Shown here one piece after another: positions 49,830 through 59,888 of a DNA stretch of 64,000 nt. The stretch comes from Candidatus Bathyarchaeota archaeon (GTDB lineage: Archaea; Thermoproteota; Bathyarchaeia; Bathyarchaeales; Bathycorpusculaceae). Made by a program: the position numbers and the translations under genes. Where the stretch lies: the NCBI GenBank assembly GCA_963733095.1, contig CAVTBV010000003.1, positions 32,001 through 96,000 on the forward strand, in the 5' to 3' direction. The notes under the pieces are model-generated. The model saw nothing but the letters and a program-made list of their open reading frames with translations, did not search any database and was not told where the DNA came from. Positions within the stretch are counted from its first letter, which is position 1. Each line of letters starts with the position of its first letter.

Positions 49830-50385
49830 TTATTTTGGCTTCCTGTAATATTGGGTTCCGTCTGGGTCGCTTGTCACGTATTCCCAACAATCTTCTATGA
49901 GGGCTAATTTTTCTTTTGGCGTGGTTGCTATGGCTGAAAAGTATTTGTCGCCTATATACTCGAATAGGTGAACGTAGCGTTCTGTATTGATTATTCTTTT
50001 GTGTCCTAAAAGATATTGAACATGGGTTAGCATCTTTGTTTGTCTAAGTTTCTCAGTTGCAAAGTGATGTCTGAATGTATGAAAATGGATTTGCAGAAAT
50101 CTTGGGTTGTTCTGTGTTTGGGCTAAACGTCTTTTGAGGTGGCACATATTTGTTCTTGAGCTGTCAACGTTAGGATTGAAAACGTAGGGAGCGAACTTTT
50201 TGGGCAAGGCGTTAATCATTGTTATTGTTTTTTCAGGTACTTTTATGGTTCTGTTTCGGCTGCCTTTTTCTGCTTCGTTTATGCTTTTTGTTTTCTTCGC
50301 TGTTCATGTCAGTCCATTGAAGTTTAGCGATTTCTCCACATCTAGCGCCTGTTGTTAAGGGTCCCTGTAGAAACGCCAACGCGGA
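49830..50385 (-). pseudogene. Tyrosine recombinase/integrase remnant, truncated and frameshifted
   Basis: HFHTFRH and LLGHKRIINTERY in one frame; TTGARCGEIAKLQWTD in another frame upstream of ~50300; no N-terminal domain. Confidence 0.85.
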
Positions 50386-50689
50386 GGCCAAAAAGTTAAA
50401 CGCTTAATCCAATTAGGCAAAAAACACGAGAAAGAATAACTAGGATTGTGCTCAATGAAAAATGGGTGATGCGGGTGAAGACTGAAAAACTATAGAGATG
50501 TCTAAGCTTGAATTCTGAGTTAGTGAAGTCTCTATATTCTAAGGAACTAAACGCGCGCTCATAAACTCATATTTGTTAAATCATCGCACTAGTCGGCAGT
50601 AGAATCGGTAATTTATATTTCCGTAAATTATAATAGCGTATTCAGTTCAAGTTATTAATGATACAGAAGCGTTTGTTTGGGCGATAAAA

Positions 50690-52505
50690 ATGCAAAAAAA
50701 GCTCAGAGTTATGTTGGTGATTTTTGCAATCGCTTCTGTTTGTTTTAGTTTCGCACCAGTACTTCAATTGGTGGTAGGTGTGAGCTCAAACAATCCAGAC
50801 CCATATTCTTGGCCTATGTACCAAAACGACCTGAGGCATTCTGGGTATTCCCCATCTGCCAGTCCGTTGGGTAATCAAACCCTTTGGAAATACACTACAA
50901 ATGACACTTTTTGGACTGCGCCAACAATAGCCAACGGCATACTTTATGTCGGCTCTGACCAAACTGGATCTGTGTATGCATTTAAGGTTTCCACAGGTAC
51001 AATACTGTGGCGTTACACAACACCCGGTCCAACATCATCATCACCCGCAGTAGTTGGCGGTATGTTGTATGTAGGTTATGTGGGCGGTTTTTGTGCCCTA
51101 AACGCATCAAACGGCTGGTTCCTTTGGAATTTCGCAACACCTTATCAGACCACCTATACATCACCCGTCGTATGTGATGGCGTAGTTTATACAAGCTCTA
51201 GTGACACAAATGTTTATGCACTTAACGCCGCAACAGGCTCGAAAATCTGGAGCTTTTCCACTAATGGTTCGATTTTATCAGCTCCAGCTATAGACAACGG
51301 CCTTGTAATCGTTAGCTCAAGTAATATGAATTGGGCAATCAATAGCAATGTGTATGCATTAAATGCTTCCACGGGCTCTTTGGCTTGGAATTTTACTGGT
51401 AAGAGTCGATTCTGTGCATCGCCTGCTATTGCTGATGGCATGGTCTTTGTAGGGTCAGAGGACGGTTATCTTTATGCGTTAAATGAGTCGACAGGGGTAA
51501 AACTGTGGAGTTATGCGGCTAAGTTCTGGAGTTACGATGGGTATGGCTACAGAGCTGGAGGTTATGTTGGTTCGGCAGCAGTAACCAACGGCAGAGTGTA
51601 CTTTGCTGCAGAAAATGAAAACACATCGAGCTTGACTAACATTTATGCGTTAGAGGAGGCAACAGGCTCGAAAATCTGGACCTACAATATGAGTGGTTTC
51701 GTTAACGGGGCAGTCGTAGTGGCAGGCGATGAGGTCTTCCTAACTGGAAACGACAGATACATCTATGCATTGAATGCCGAAACTGGATGCGAGGTCTGGA
51801 AATACATGACTGGCAGCGGATTCATGTCCTCTCCAGCTATCGCCAACGGGACAGTCTATGTCGGGTCAGACGACGGCGGCCTATACGGTATCGGCGGAGA
51901 AACCCTCTCCTTCGCACCAAACCCTACAGCAAAGCCAACCGCTACACCCGGCCCAACGCCAACTCCTTCACCTATGCCAACTGATATCCCCGTTATCAAT
52001 ACCCGATTTATCGCCCTCTTCAACCCCAACGCCCACGCCGACTCCTCCAGCATACGTAGGGTTTGACATATCTGGAAACATAACTAGCTCTCAAATGTCT
52101 GACGTTAGTTTATTAACCAACCAGACAACAACCAAAATTTTATTTACAGTCACAGGAGAAAGCGGCACGTTTGGCTTTAGCAACATAACGATTGCAAAAA
52201 GCCGAATCCCTCAAGCAACAACTCCTGTAATCTATGTGGATAACACAATAATTCCAGAGCAAGGCTACACTCAAGACGCAAATAATTATTATGTCTGGTA
52301 CATCGTCCACTTTAGCACGCACCAGATTCTCATAGAATTTAACCGCGATGCTACTCTGTCACCTCAAGCAACTAATCGAATTAGCGGAGCCGAGGGAGAA
52401 ATAAATTATCAGTCTGTGATCTATGGCCTGGGAATTTCATTTGTAATTTTGGCAACGGTTAGCGTCGTTCTTAAATTGGTGCTGAATGAAAAGAAAAGAA
52501 TTTAA
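50690..52505 (+). pseudogene. PQQ-like beta-propeller surface protein; C-terminal domain and TM anchor lie in a shifted frame
   Basis: WPMYQNDLRHSG, SSPA…VYVGS…YALNA.TG repeats; PT linker continues in the frame of ORF 51858-52505. Confidence 0.8.
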
Positions 52506-52645
52506 TTGAATTGTAATTTTTATGCACTTTTTTTTATTAATTTTTCGTAAGCAATAAAGCCAGAAGCTACGGTAATAGACATGCTGCATGGGGTTAAACG
52601 CTGTAACGACGAACAACAGTTACCAAGCGTTAAAGATAGTGACGA

Positions 52646-52689
52646 GTGGACCGAGCGGGATTTGAACCCGCGGCTTCCGCGTTGCGAAC
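52646..52689 (-). mobile_element. 3' half of tRNA-Ala(CGC), probable att site
   Basis: Minus strand GTTCGCAACGCGGAAGCCGCGGGTTCAAATCCCGCTCGGTCCAC has anticodon loop, T-arm and acceptor 3' strand; no 5' half adjacent. Confidence 0.8.
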
Positions 52690-52832
52690 ACTGTTGAAAT
52701 CCGAATTTAAGCCTTGAAGACGCTTTATTGCTTCTTTTAAGTGCGCGCTATACTAAACTACTGCTCTAAGTTCTAATAGTGCTGAAAAAAAATAAAAGAA
52801 AAGTTTATTATTCACCATAACAGCGTTATAAT

Positions 52833-52930
52833 TTGGGGCTCTGGCTAAAATTCACGGTACTACCCCACAATTTCGTGACGAGCGTTTTTCATTTTCGCGC
52901 TCCCTCCTATAGATTGGGCCAGAGCCTCAG
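52833..52930 (+). ncRNA. Candidate three-way-junction structured RNA
   Basis: 14-bp closing stem plus two 6-bp hairpins; all non-Watson-Crick pairs are G:U on the + strand. Confidence 0.45.
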
Positions 52931-52988
52931 CATACCCATTCCGCAGAGTAACGCGCGCTTTTAAATTAATATTTTTAATTATTAAAAC

Positions 52989-53204
52989 TTATAAGCGCTC
53001 TATGACTGCAAAGAAAACCGCTCCAACTATAATACCTATGCCTAATGCAAAAAAGAACAGGGCAAAAAATTCATGATGAAGGACTTGATCGAACTGAAAC
53101 CAAGTACCAAAAGTTACCTTCTGATGATAAAGAATAAGAAAAGACGCAATTAAAGAAGAAACTGCAAATACAGTCATGACGACAATAGCTAAACGCTTGC
53201 TCAT
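52989..53204 (-). CDS. Small two-TM membrane protein
   Basis: Two hydrophobic helices flanking FQFDQVLHHE; start ATG 53204. Confidence 0.7.
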   Translation of the reverse strand: MSKRLAIVVMTVFAVSSLIASFLILYHQKVTFGTWFQFDQVLHHEFFALFFFALGIGIIVGAVFFAVIERL

Positions 53205-53503
53205 TATCCATTCCAGTCTATAATATAACAAAGAACTCAATTATTGTTTTGGTTAAGGGCATGACCTTTTAGCGCCCGCTTAGCTTAAAAAGTGTGTTAA
53301 ATGTTTACTCTTAGCGCGCGCTACATAAATATTTTTTTTCCCACCGCGTCGAGTGATTTTGAATCCAAAAAGGATCTAGTCAAGAGGCAAAAAGGTACGA
53401 GCGTGTGGGCTAAGATTTACCGTTCATTCTAAAAGGTCAATCGAAAGCAGAAAGCAAAATTTAATATTCTTAAATATACGAAAAGAAAATGAGGGGTTAA
53501 GAA

Positions 53504-53992
53504 ATGAAGGGTGTAGTTGTTTATGATACCTCTACTGGAAACACAAAGAAAATCGCAGAGACCATCTCAGAAACACTGAGAGAATCGGAAATAGAAAGTG
53601 ACCTCTTCTACGTAAAAGACGCAAAGAAGTTAAACGCCAAAAACTACAATTTTCTGATCCTCGGATCTCCAACTAGATTTGGCACAATGAGTTTTACAGT
53701 CAAATCCTTTTTGGGCAAAATCAAGACTGAAGAATGGATAAACAAGCCTTTCGCTGCTTTTGACACTGAAAACCCTGAGAACGTTGAGAAATCTCGTGCC
53801 GAAAATAAGAATTGGAGCGCAGCTGAAAAGATTGCTGAAAACCTGAGAGAGAAGAAAATGAACCAGTTGCTGCCGGTTCTGAAGGCTCTTGTGGAAGCTA
53901 AGTTGAAGGGAACGCTTCTGGAAGGCGAAATCGACCGGGCAAAAGACTACGCAAGGCAACTCGCCACAAAATTGAAAAATGAAGGAGTCTAA
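53504..53992 (+). CDS. Flavodoxin-domain protein
   Basis: YDTSTGNTKKIAE, LGSPT, FAAFDT. Confidence 0.92.
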   Translation: MKGVVVYDTSTGNTKKIAETISETLRESEIESDLFYVKDAKKLNAKNYNFLILGSPTRFGTMSFTVKSFLGKIKTEEWINKPFAAFDTENPENVEKSRAENKNWSAAEKIAENLREKKMNQLLPVLKALVEAKLKGTLLEGEIDRAKDYARQLATKLKNEGV

Positions 53993-54389
53993 ATGAAAAA
54001 ACTTAGCGCGCGCCAAGCGGGTCGAAAATAAGTAAATTAGCCGTTCATTTGTGAGTATGCTTTTGTTCTAAACGCTTAAATCTCTCTTCAAGTCTTCTAT
54101 CCCGCTCTTTCTTTTCAAGCCCTGACAAGGGAGCCAACGCAAGAGCTGTAAGACCTCGCTCAATTTTTTTTAATGATTTCATGATTTTATGCCTCAGATA
54201 AATCCTGCGATTTTATATTCTCAGATATGATTTCAGAAATATAAGTGTATAGTGTATATTAATATTTATTACAGTGCTTCCGGTACTATGTTAAGTTTTG
54301 CTGTTTCTATTTTTCTTTTAAGTCTTGCCTCTTTTGGTGCAGGAAAGCTTAAAAAAAAGTCAACATATCGCTTAACAGAGAAGTAGAAA

Positions 54390-54596
54390 ATGGAAAAATG
54401 CAGCGACGACAAATTTACCTTTTATTTTATTGCAGTAATGCTGCTTATTATAACTGCAATAATGACAGGTTCAATTCTTCGCGCTAATCCATTAACCGCA
54501 GCAAATTTGATGGCTCCTTCAGTCTTTGGTGCTTTAGGCTTAATCTTTGTTATAGGAACATATGTATGGAGCATAAGAATAAGAAATAGTATTTAA
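54390..54596 (+). CDS. Small two-TM membrane protein
   Basis: Two hydrophobic helices, 68 aa. Confidence 0.55.
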   Translation: MEKCSDDKFTFYFIAVMLLIITAIMTGSILRANPLTAANLMAPSVFGALGLIFVIGTYVWSIRIRNSI

Positions 54597-54850
54597 TTTT
54601 TTCAAGGTTCAGCTCTAAAACGAATAAAATAGGAAATAGGAATCTGTTTATTATCGTTCCGCTTCCCTAAACGCCGCTTACAATAGGTGTAGGGCGCTGC
54701 TCTGTGCTCAGGATAATTGTGTCGTTTGCCCTTGTCGGCTCGGTGTTTATGCTTACGCGATTTAAACCCCGATATAGAAAACTCGGCTTCGCTAGACAAC
54801 TAAGAAGCCTCCAAAAAGAGAAAAAGGGGTTGTGTTTGTGCTGGTGACAT

Positions 54851-54936
54851 GACCACTATTTAGGAAATCAAACAATATCCTGACAATACGGCTATTTGTC
54901 AACCTGTTTGGACCTATTAGGGTCCTGATAGTGGTT
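54851..54936. repeat. Long imperfect hairpin
   Basis: Nested stems GACCACTATT(T)AGGA/TCCTGATAGTGGTT, CAAACA/TGTTTG, TGACAA/TTGTCA. Confidence 0.55.
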
Positions 54937-55058
54937 CTATGCAGTAACTATAAGGGGTCTATCTTTAAGATGAGGTATTGGCTGTATTTACTGAACACAA
55001 GCGGATTAGCACATAGAAAAACAGTAGAACAAAGTTTTTTTTGAAAAAAAGGGTGAAA

Positions 55059-57068
55059 TTATTGGAGGTTGACTTGTGCGATTTGCGAGAGGTCTGTTAG
55101 GCTGTTGAGTTTTACTTCGCTGTTGGATATGGTGTAGAGTGTGTTGCCGATGTAGAGGCTGCGTGTTATCAATTGGTTTTGGGTGTTGTAATAGTCGTTA
55201 GGGTTGTTTAGGTGTCCTTGGCTGTTTAATAGTGAGGGGTCAAGGTGTGTTATGGTGCCTTTGAGTGTAAAGCCTCCGTCCAAGGAGAGGCTGAAGACGT
55301 AGGCTCCTTGCCAAACGGTTGTGCCGTAAGCCGAAGCTGCCGATTGACCATATTGCTGTATTTGTTGCAGAGTTGCATTACCCACCAGCGCCAAGCTGAC
55401 TGGAATCACCAATAGATTTTTGCTCGCATCAAACAGAAACGCTTTAGGATCGGTTAATGCTGGAGAATCAGTTCCTCTGTCTCCGATAATAAAGTTCGAT
55501 AGCTGAACAGGATTATTTACGTTGCTGACGTCGAAGAGGGATAGCTTCAAGCCTTGGTACCATGCAAAGTCACCTTGGTTTGAATCAACGGCTTCTTTGC
55601 CAACTCCGATTAGATGTGTTTCGTCGTAGGGGTGGAGGTAGTCGCTGTAACCAGGGATTTTGAGTTCACCGAGCACTGTTGGGTGAGTTGGCTGGCTGAG
55701 GTCGATTACGAATAATGGGTCGGTTCTCATGAAAGTTACCAGGTAGCCTCTGTCGCCTATGAAGCGGACGGAGTGGAGGTTTTCGCCGTTTGCTAATCCT
55801 TCTAGGCTGCCTATAACTGAGAGGTTTTCGTTGAGTATGTAGATATTGTTTGATTGTGTACTCTGAGTGGATCCTATGTCGGTAAAGGGTACGGCGACAA
55901 GTCCACTCTGCACGTTGGTTGCTATTCGTAGGTTTCCGCCATATTCGTCTAAAGCATACTGGTTAATGGTGTAGCCTGGAACGCTGCCTTGAGCTTCAAG
56001 TGTTAATTGTAAACCGTCAATTTTCACGCGGTAGATAGAGGTCACTTCGGTCTCATTGATCCAGTTTGGATAAGTGACGTAGATGTTGTCGGTTGAAACA
56101 TACATTGTGCTGGCACCGCTCATTAGGACTGTCATGTTTGTGGGTTGTTGCTGGTTGTTCGACACGTCAAGTCCATAGAAACTTGTAAACGAGTAGCTGT
56201 TGGATTGGTTCATGTCAGCGTAGTATATGCTGGTGGGTGAAGCGGCGTAAGCTACTCCGTTATTGTAGACTGCGGGCACCGAGACAGCTCCGTTGTAGAT
56301 AAAGGCGTTTTGGCTGGTTACTGTGTATAGGTAGTTACCTATCATGCGTGAATCTATGTAGCTTCCGCTGACGGTGAAGTTGCGGGTTAAAATGGGGTCT
56401 GCTTTGTTTGAAATGTCAAAGATGCTTACGGATGTTGAAACGTCGCTGTAATATGGAATAATTGCTATGCCGTTTGTGGGGGCGATGTACGATTGGTATG
56501 ATAGGTACTTGTTTGATAGAACCACAAGTCTTGAGTTATTAGGATTTAAGAACAAACCTACAGGGGAGGAATCGTTGTCTAGGACAATTTTAGAAACGAC
56601 TTTTGCGTTTTGGGGATCAGCTTTAACAATGTAAACATTGTTGATAGCTTGAGAATTTGCGCCTAAATAGTAGTAACTGTTTTGGGTGGTGGACAGAGTG
56701 TAGATGTATTGGCCGTCTGTTTTCACAGTGTCAGCCTCATCTACTCCAGCAACTTGGATGTTGGTAGTGGAGTAATCAGCAGTTGCGCCATTAGTACTCG
56801 CAGTTGGGGCCGCAAGCTTAGGACTCGCCTCGCCAAAATTTCCCCAATACATTTGGGGCAAATAATTAATTGAAGTTTCGTTGAGGTAGTTTTTTAGGTC
56901 AGTCATAGATGAAAAAGTTTTCAATCCCCCCGCAGAGATGGGTTGACTCGAAGGCAGAATCGAGGGTGATGTGCCGAAAACATAAATTGCAGAAATCAAA
57001 ATGACTGCTGAAAGGATTGCAACTGTTCCGTAGATGCTTGTTTTTCTCTTAACTTCTTTCTGAACCAT
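55059..57068 (-). CDS. Secreted beta-propeller domain protein (COG4880-like)
   Basis: YSTTNIQVAGVDEADTVKTDG, DEYGGNLRIAT, DPLFVIDL, GELKIPGYSDYLHP, RSLYIG. Confidence 0.92.
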   Translation of the reverse strand: MVQKEVKRKTSIYGTVAILSAVILISAIYVFGTSPSILPSSQPISAGGLKTFSSMTDLKNYLNETSINYLPQMYWGNFGEASPKLAAPTASTNGATADYSTTNIQVAGVDEADTVKTDGQYIYTLSTTQNSYYYLGANSQAINNVYIVKADPQNAKVVSKIVLDNDSSPVGLFLNPNNSRLVVLSNKYLSYQSYIAPTNGIAIIPYYSDVSTSVSIFDISNKADPILTRNFTVSGSYIDSRMIGNYLYTVTSQNAFIYNGAVSVPAVYNNGVAYAASPTSIYYADMNQSNSYSFTSFYGLDVSNNQQQPTNMTVLMSGASTMYVSTDNIYVTYPNWINETEVTSIYRVKIDGLQLTLEAQGSVPGYTINQYALDEYGGNLRIATNVQSGLVAVPFTDIGSTQSTQSNNIYILNENLSVIGSLEGLANGENLHSVRFIGDRGYLVTFMRTDPLFVIDLSQPTHPTVLGELKIPGYSDYLHPYDETHLIGVGKEAVDSNQGDFAWYQGLKLSLFDVSNVNNPVQLSNFIIGDRGTDSPALTDPKAFLFDASKNLLVIPVSLALVGNATLQQIQQYGQSAASAYGTTVWQGAYVFSLSLDGGFTLKGTITHLDPSLLNSQGHLNNPNDYYNTQNQLITRSLYIGNTLYTISNSEVKLNSLTDLSQIAQVNLQ

Positions 57069-57122
57069 GTGTTCTTTTCTCCTACAGAGTATTATGCGAT
57101 GTTTTTATTTGATGCTAAGCAT

Positions 57123-57143
57123 GCGAACATGCTGTTCTAATAT
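57123..57143. promoter_or_regulatory. Operator-like palindrome, copy 1 (gcGAAC-N5-GTTCTAATA)
   Basis: 55 bp upstream of the beta-propeller gene; matches copies at 57643 and 57714. Confidence 0.6.
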
Positions 57144-57590
57144 TTAGAATGGCCTCATTTCCCAAACACGGTAAGCTTCATACCAAAATATCGAGCAAAC
57201 GATTGCTCCAAACGATATTATGAATAGGTTGTCACGGGTTAAACTGTTAACAATAATCAACATGTAAGCGGCATAGAACACTGTGGAGAACAGGGCGTAG
57301 AAGAAGAAACGTGGAAACAGAAGCTTACCTAACTTGACGTAGTGGCGGAGCACGCCGATTTTTACTTGCCCAACCAATATGTAGTGTCCGCCGACTTCTT
57401 GCTTTTCAACCAATCCCAACTCGCGCAGCTGTTCAAGATGATGAAATGCGATGCTTGGACTGCTGAAATGCAGAGATCGCTGGACTTCGCGGACTCCGAC
57501 GGGGCCACCAGTTTTCAGCAGAAACCAGTAAACTTTCCAGGCTTTGCCGCGTAGAGCGTACTCAAGCTCTGTTTCATTGTGAGCATTCAA
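57144..57590 (-). CDS. Membrane-anchored winged-helix transcriptional regulator
   Basis: GVREVQRSLHFSSPSIAFHHLEQLRELGLV HTH followed by two TM helices. Confidence 0.88.
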   Translation of the reverse strand: MNAHNETELEYALRGKAWKVYWFLLKTGGPVGVREVQRSLHFSSPSIAFHHLEQLRELGLVEKQEVGGHYILVGQVKIGVLRHYVKLGKLLFPRFFFYALFSTVFYAAYMLIIVNSLTRDNLFIISFGAIVCSIFWYEAYRVWEMRPF

Positions 57591-57642
57591 CCAGTAACCC
57601 CTCTGAACATAGAACGTTGTAGGGGGGATATAAGTCCAGTTG

Positions 57643-57661
57643 TTAGAACATTTCGTTCTAA
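57643..57661. promoter_or_regulatory. Operator-like palindrome, copy 2 (TTAGAAC-N5-GTTCTAA, perfect)
   Basis: Perfect 7-bp arms, 53 bp upstream of the regulator start. Confidence 0.65.
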
Positions 57662-57712
57662 TATTTAATTCCAGGAATTTCTTTATTTTGGGATTAAGTA
57701 TCCGTTCAGTTC

Positions 57713-57733
57713 TTGGAACCGTTTGTTCTAATA
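57713..57733. promoter_or_regulatory. Operator-like palindrome, copy 3 (TTGGAAC-N5-GTTCTAATA)
   Basis: Same spacing, 70 bp from copy 2. Confidence 0.6.
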
Positions 57734-58725
57734 AAAATTCTTGAAGTGATAAGGATTATTTTTTTTCCGCAAATTTATTTTATTAACAAATAGACCGCAA
57801 AAAAGTTAGCGCTGGCGGTTTAAGCAAGTGGCGTAACAGTCTAGAATGGTTGCGTATTTGCTGTCTGCAAAGGTGAAAGTCAATTTAAACTGCACGTGGC
57901 TGAGAATAAAAGAGGACACATGTCACGTTCTCGCAACTAAAGGTAATTACATGAATCTCGGGTTTACCCTGGGATAGCTTGAAATGCTTTAACATCGGTA
58001 AAAAAGTCACCTATTGAATATCGAATATTTGTATAGATGAACTGTATTAATTAGAAATCCTGAAGTATATCGCCCAGCCAGAATTATCGAATCGAGTGTA
58101 CAAATTTGTAACTAAAATTTTAGGTCGTGTATTTAAAGGAAGAATGAGAACGGAAATAATAACGGCTTATATTATTATGGTTGCTACAATAACCATTTTA
58201 TTCAATTTAACAAGTAGGAGATATCTGAGGAGGGGCTATGTTAGATTTTAGTATGGTAAAGAGAAAAATCGTTCGTCTAACATATCTTTCCTCAATTCGA
58301 TTCATGCTTAAAAAATGCAATTTGTGTTTATGATATGTCAAATTTGGGCATATATGAGAAGTTGAAATAAGTGATTTATTAAGAAATGATATTCCTTAAA
58401 GAATAAGGATGTAAAATGAAAACAATAAAAATTAAGTGGTTTGATAATCTGACTCTCATTAAGCAAGAGTATCGGTGCAAGCTAATAATCGAAGACGCTG
58501 ATTGTAGAAGAATTGGTAAAATTAGTTCCTCAACGAGTGATGATTAAGATTGACTACTCACTAAAATTCCATAAAGCATAGTCTTGTCGCTATCCAAATT
58601 AAGAACATGCATCCTTCTATGACAATTGGTCTAATTATTAAAACAAACTTTTCTTCGGATAATTCAACATAGCAGAAATAGAAAATTAAAAAGAAAAAGA
58701 GAGAAGAGAAAGAAGAGATTTTAGT

Positions 58726-59376
58726 TTATGCTTTGGATTTGTTGGCTGCGCCAGGCATTCCTGGTGGCAGATCGGGGAAGTTTGCACTGACTCTTTGCTC
58801 GGCTACGGTTGCTGCTTCAGCTAAGATTTTTGAGGCGTCTTCGTTTACTGCGTCAAAGTTCAGTGACATTCCACTAGATGTTCCTGCTTCGAACATTAGA
58901 CCGCTCAGCATGTTGCCGATGTCGCCTAATTCGCCTTCGGCTTCAGGCAAAACACCGCCTAAGCCGCTGCTAACGCTTCTTAGAACACCGACGCATGGTC
59001 CTAATGTTGCAACTACGTCACCTAGTTCTGATACTGTGCGTATTCTAAGAGCTACTTGGTCTAGTGCAAGTCTTGCGTTCATTATGAGCTTTGACATCTT
59101 GCGGATTTCAGCTAGTTCAGTAGAGTAGATGTTTGCGTGTGCAGAATCATGTTTGGTGTATGCATCAACAATTTTAGCGAATAATGCTTTGTCTTTCTGT
59201 TGGAAACGTTCGTTTGCTTGGTCCAATTTGTTGATTTGCAGATCAAGTTTTCTGCAGGCCATGTCTAATTGTGGCTTTAGTGCTGGAGGCGGCTGAATTG
59301 TGTCACGAATTGTTTTGGTGAATGAGTCTCCTTCATCTCTTTTTTGTTCCCATTTCTTTGCGAAACGTTCAGACAT
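58726..59376 (-). CDS. cdvB: ESCRT-III (Snf7) family protein, CdvB-like
   Basis: ANIYSTELAEIRK…LALDQVALRIRTVSELGD…PEAE…ASKILAEA…FPDLP. Confidence 0.88.
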   Translation of the reverse strand: MSERFAKKWEQKRDEGDSFTKTIRDTIQPPPALKPQLDMACRKLDLQINKLDQANERFQQKDKALFAKIVDAYTKHDSAHANIYSTELAEIRKMSKLIMNARLALDQVALRIRTVSELGDVVATLGPCVGVLRSVSSGLGGVLPEAEGELGDIGNMLSGLMFEAGTSSGMSLNFDAVNEDASKILAEAATVAEQRVSANFPDLPPGMPGAANKSKA

Positions 59377-59888
59377 GTTAATATCCTCTTGAACACTGAT
59401 TCAGTGCCATGAAGTACTTAATGGTTGCTAACATGCCGATATATACATAAACAAGCCAGCGCTTGTTTTTTCAGATAGTTGTCCGGAAAAGACGCCTATA
59501 CTCCAACTAACAACCAACAGTTAGTATTGCCCAAAGCGTTTTAGTGTCAGTGTCAGGTTTTGCTGCTTTCTGGTTGTGGAAGATGCCCCAAGTAGCAAGA
59601 CTTGGCTCAAAAAAACCAATATCAATCGCCGATGAAGTATCTACCTAAAGGCGCGGGTAATCCGATTAGCCGAATGCCACAGACAACAGAAGACGAGTTA
59701 CAACCAACACACAAGCCCAATTCATTTGCCTAAAGGGTACCAACCTAAAAGCAGACAAGGACTCTGTTTTGCAACATTTCAATCCGTTTAGCAAAGGAAT
59801 CTTAAAACTGGTCGACCCAAACAAAAGTGAATAGAAAGAAGATAAAGCATATATTTGGAACAAATCAAATTATTATTAGGTGAATTGT

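Noticed and set aside
52646-52689. Functional tRNA-Ala gene
   Set aside because: No D-arm or acceptor 5' strand found upstream on the minus strand
54602-54799. 65-aa basic ORF
   Set aside because: Low-complexity Arg/Lys composition, no RBS, no motif
54944-54960. GTAACTATAA resemblance to the 23S rRNA / I-CeuI site
   Set aside because: Match is only ~10 nt with no surrounding rRNA similarity
49830-55000. Bona fide integron
   Set aside because: The integrase fragment shows no IntI-specific insertion, genes are not co-oriented, and hairpins lack clean RYYYAAC/GTTRRRY boxes
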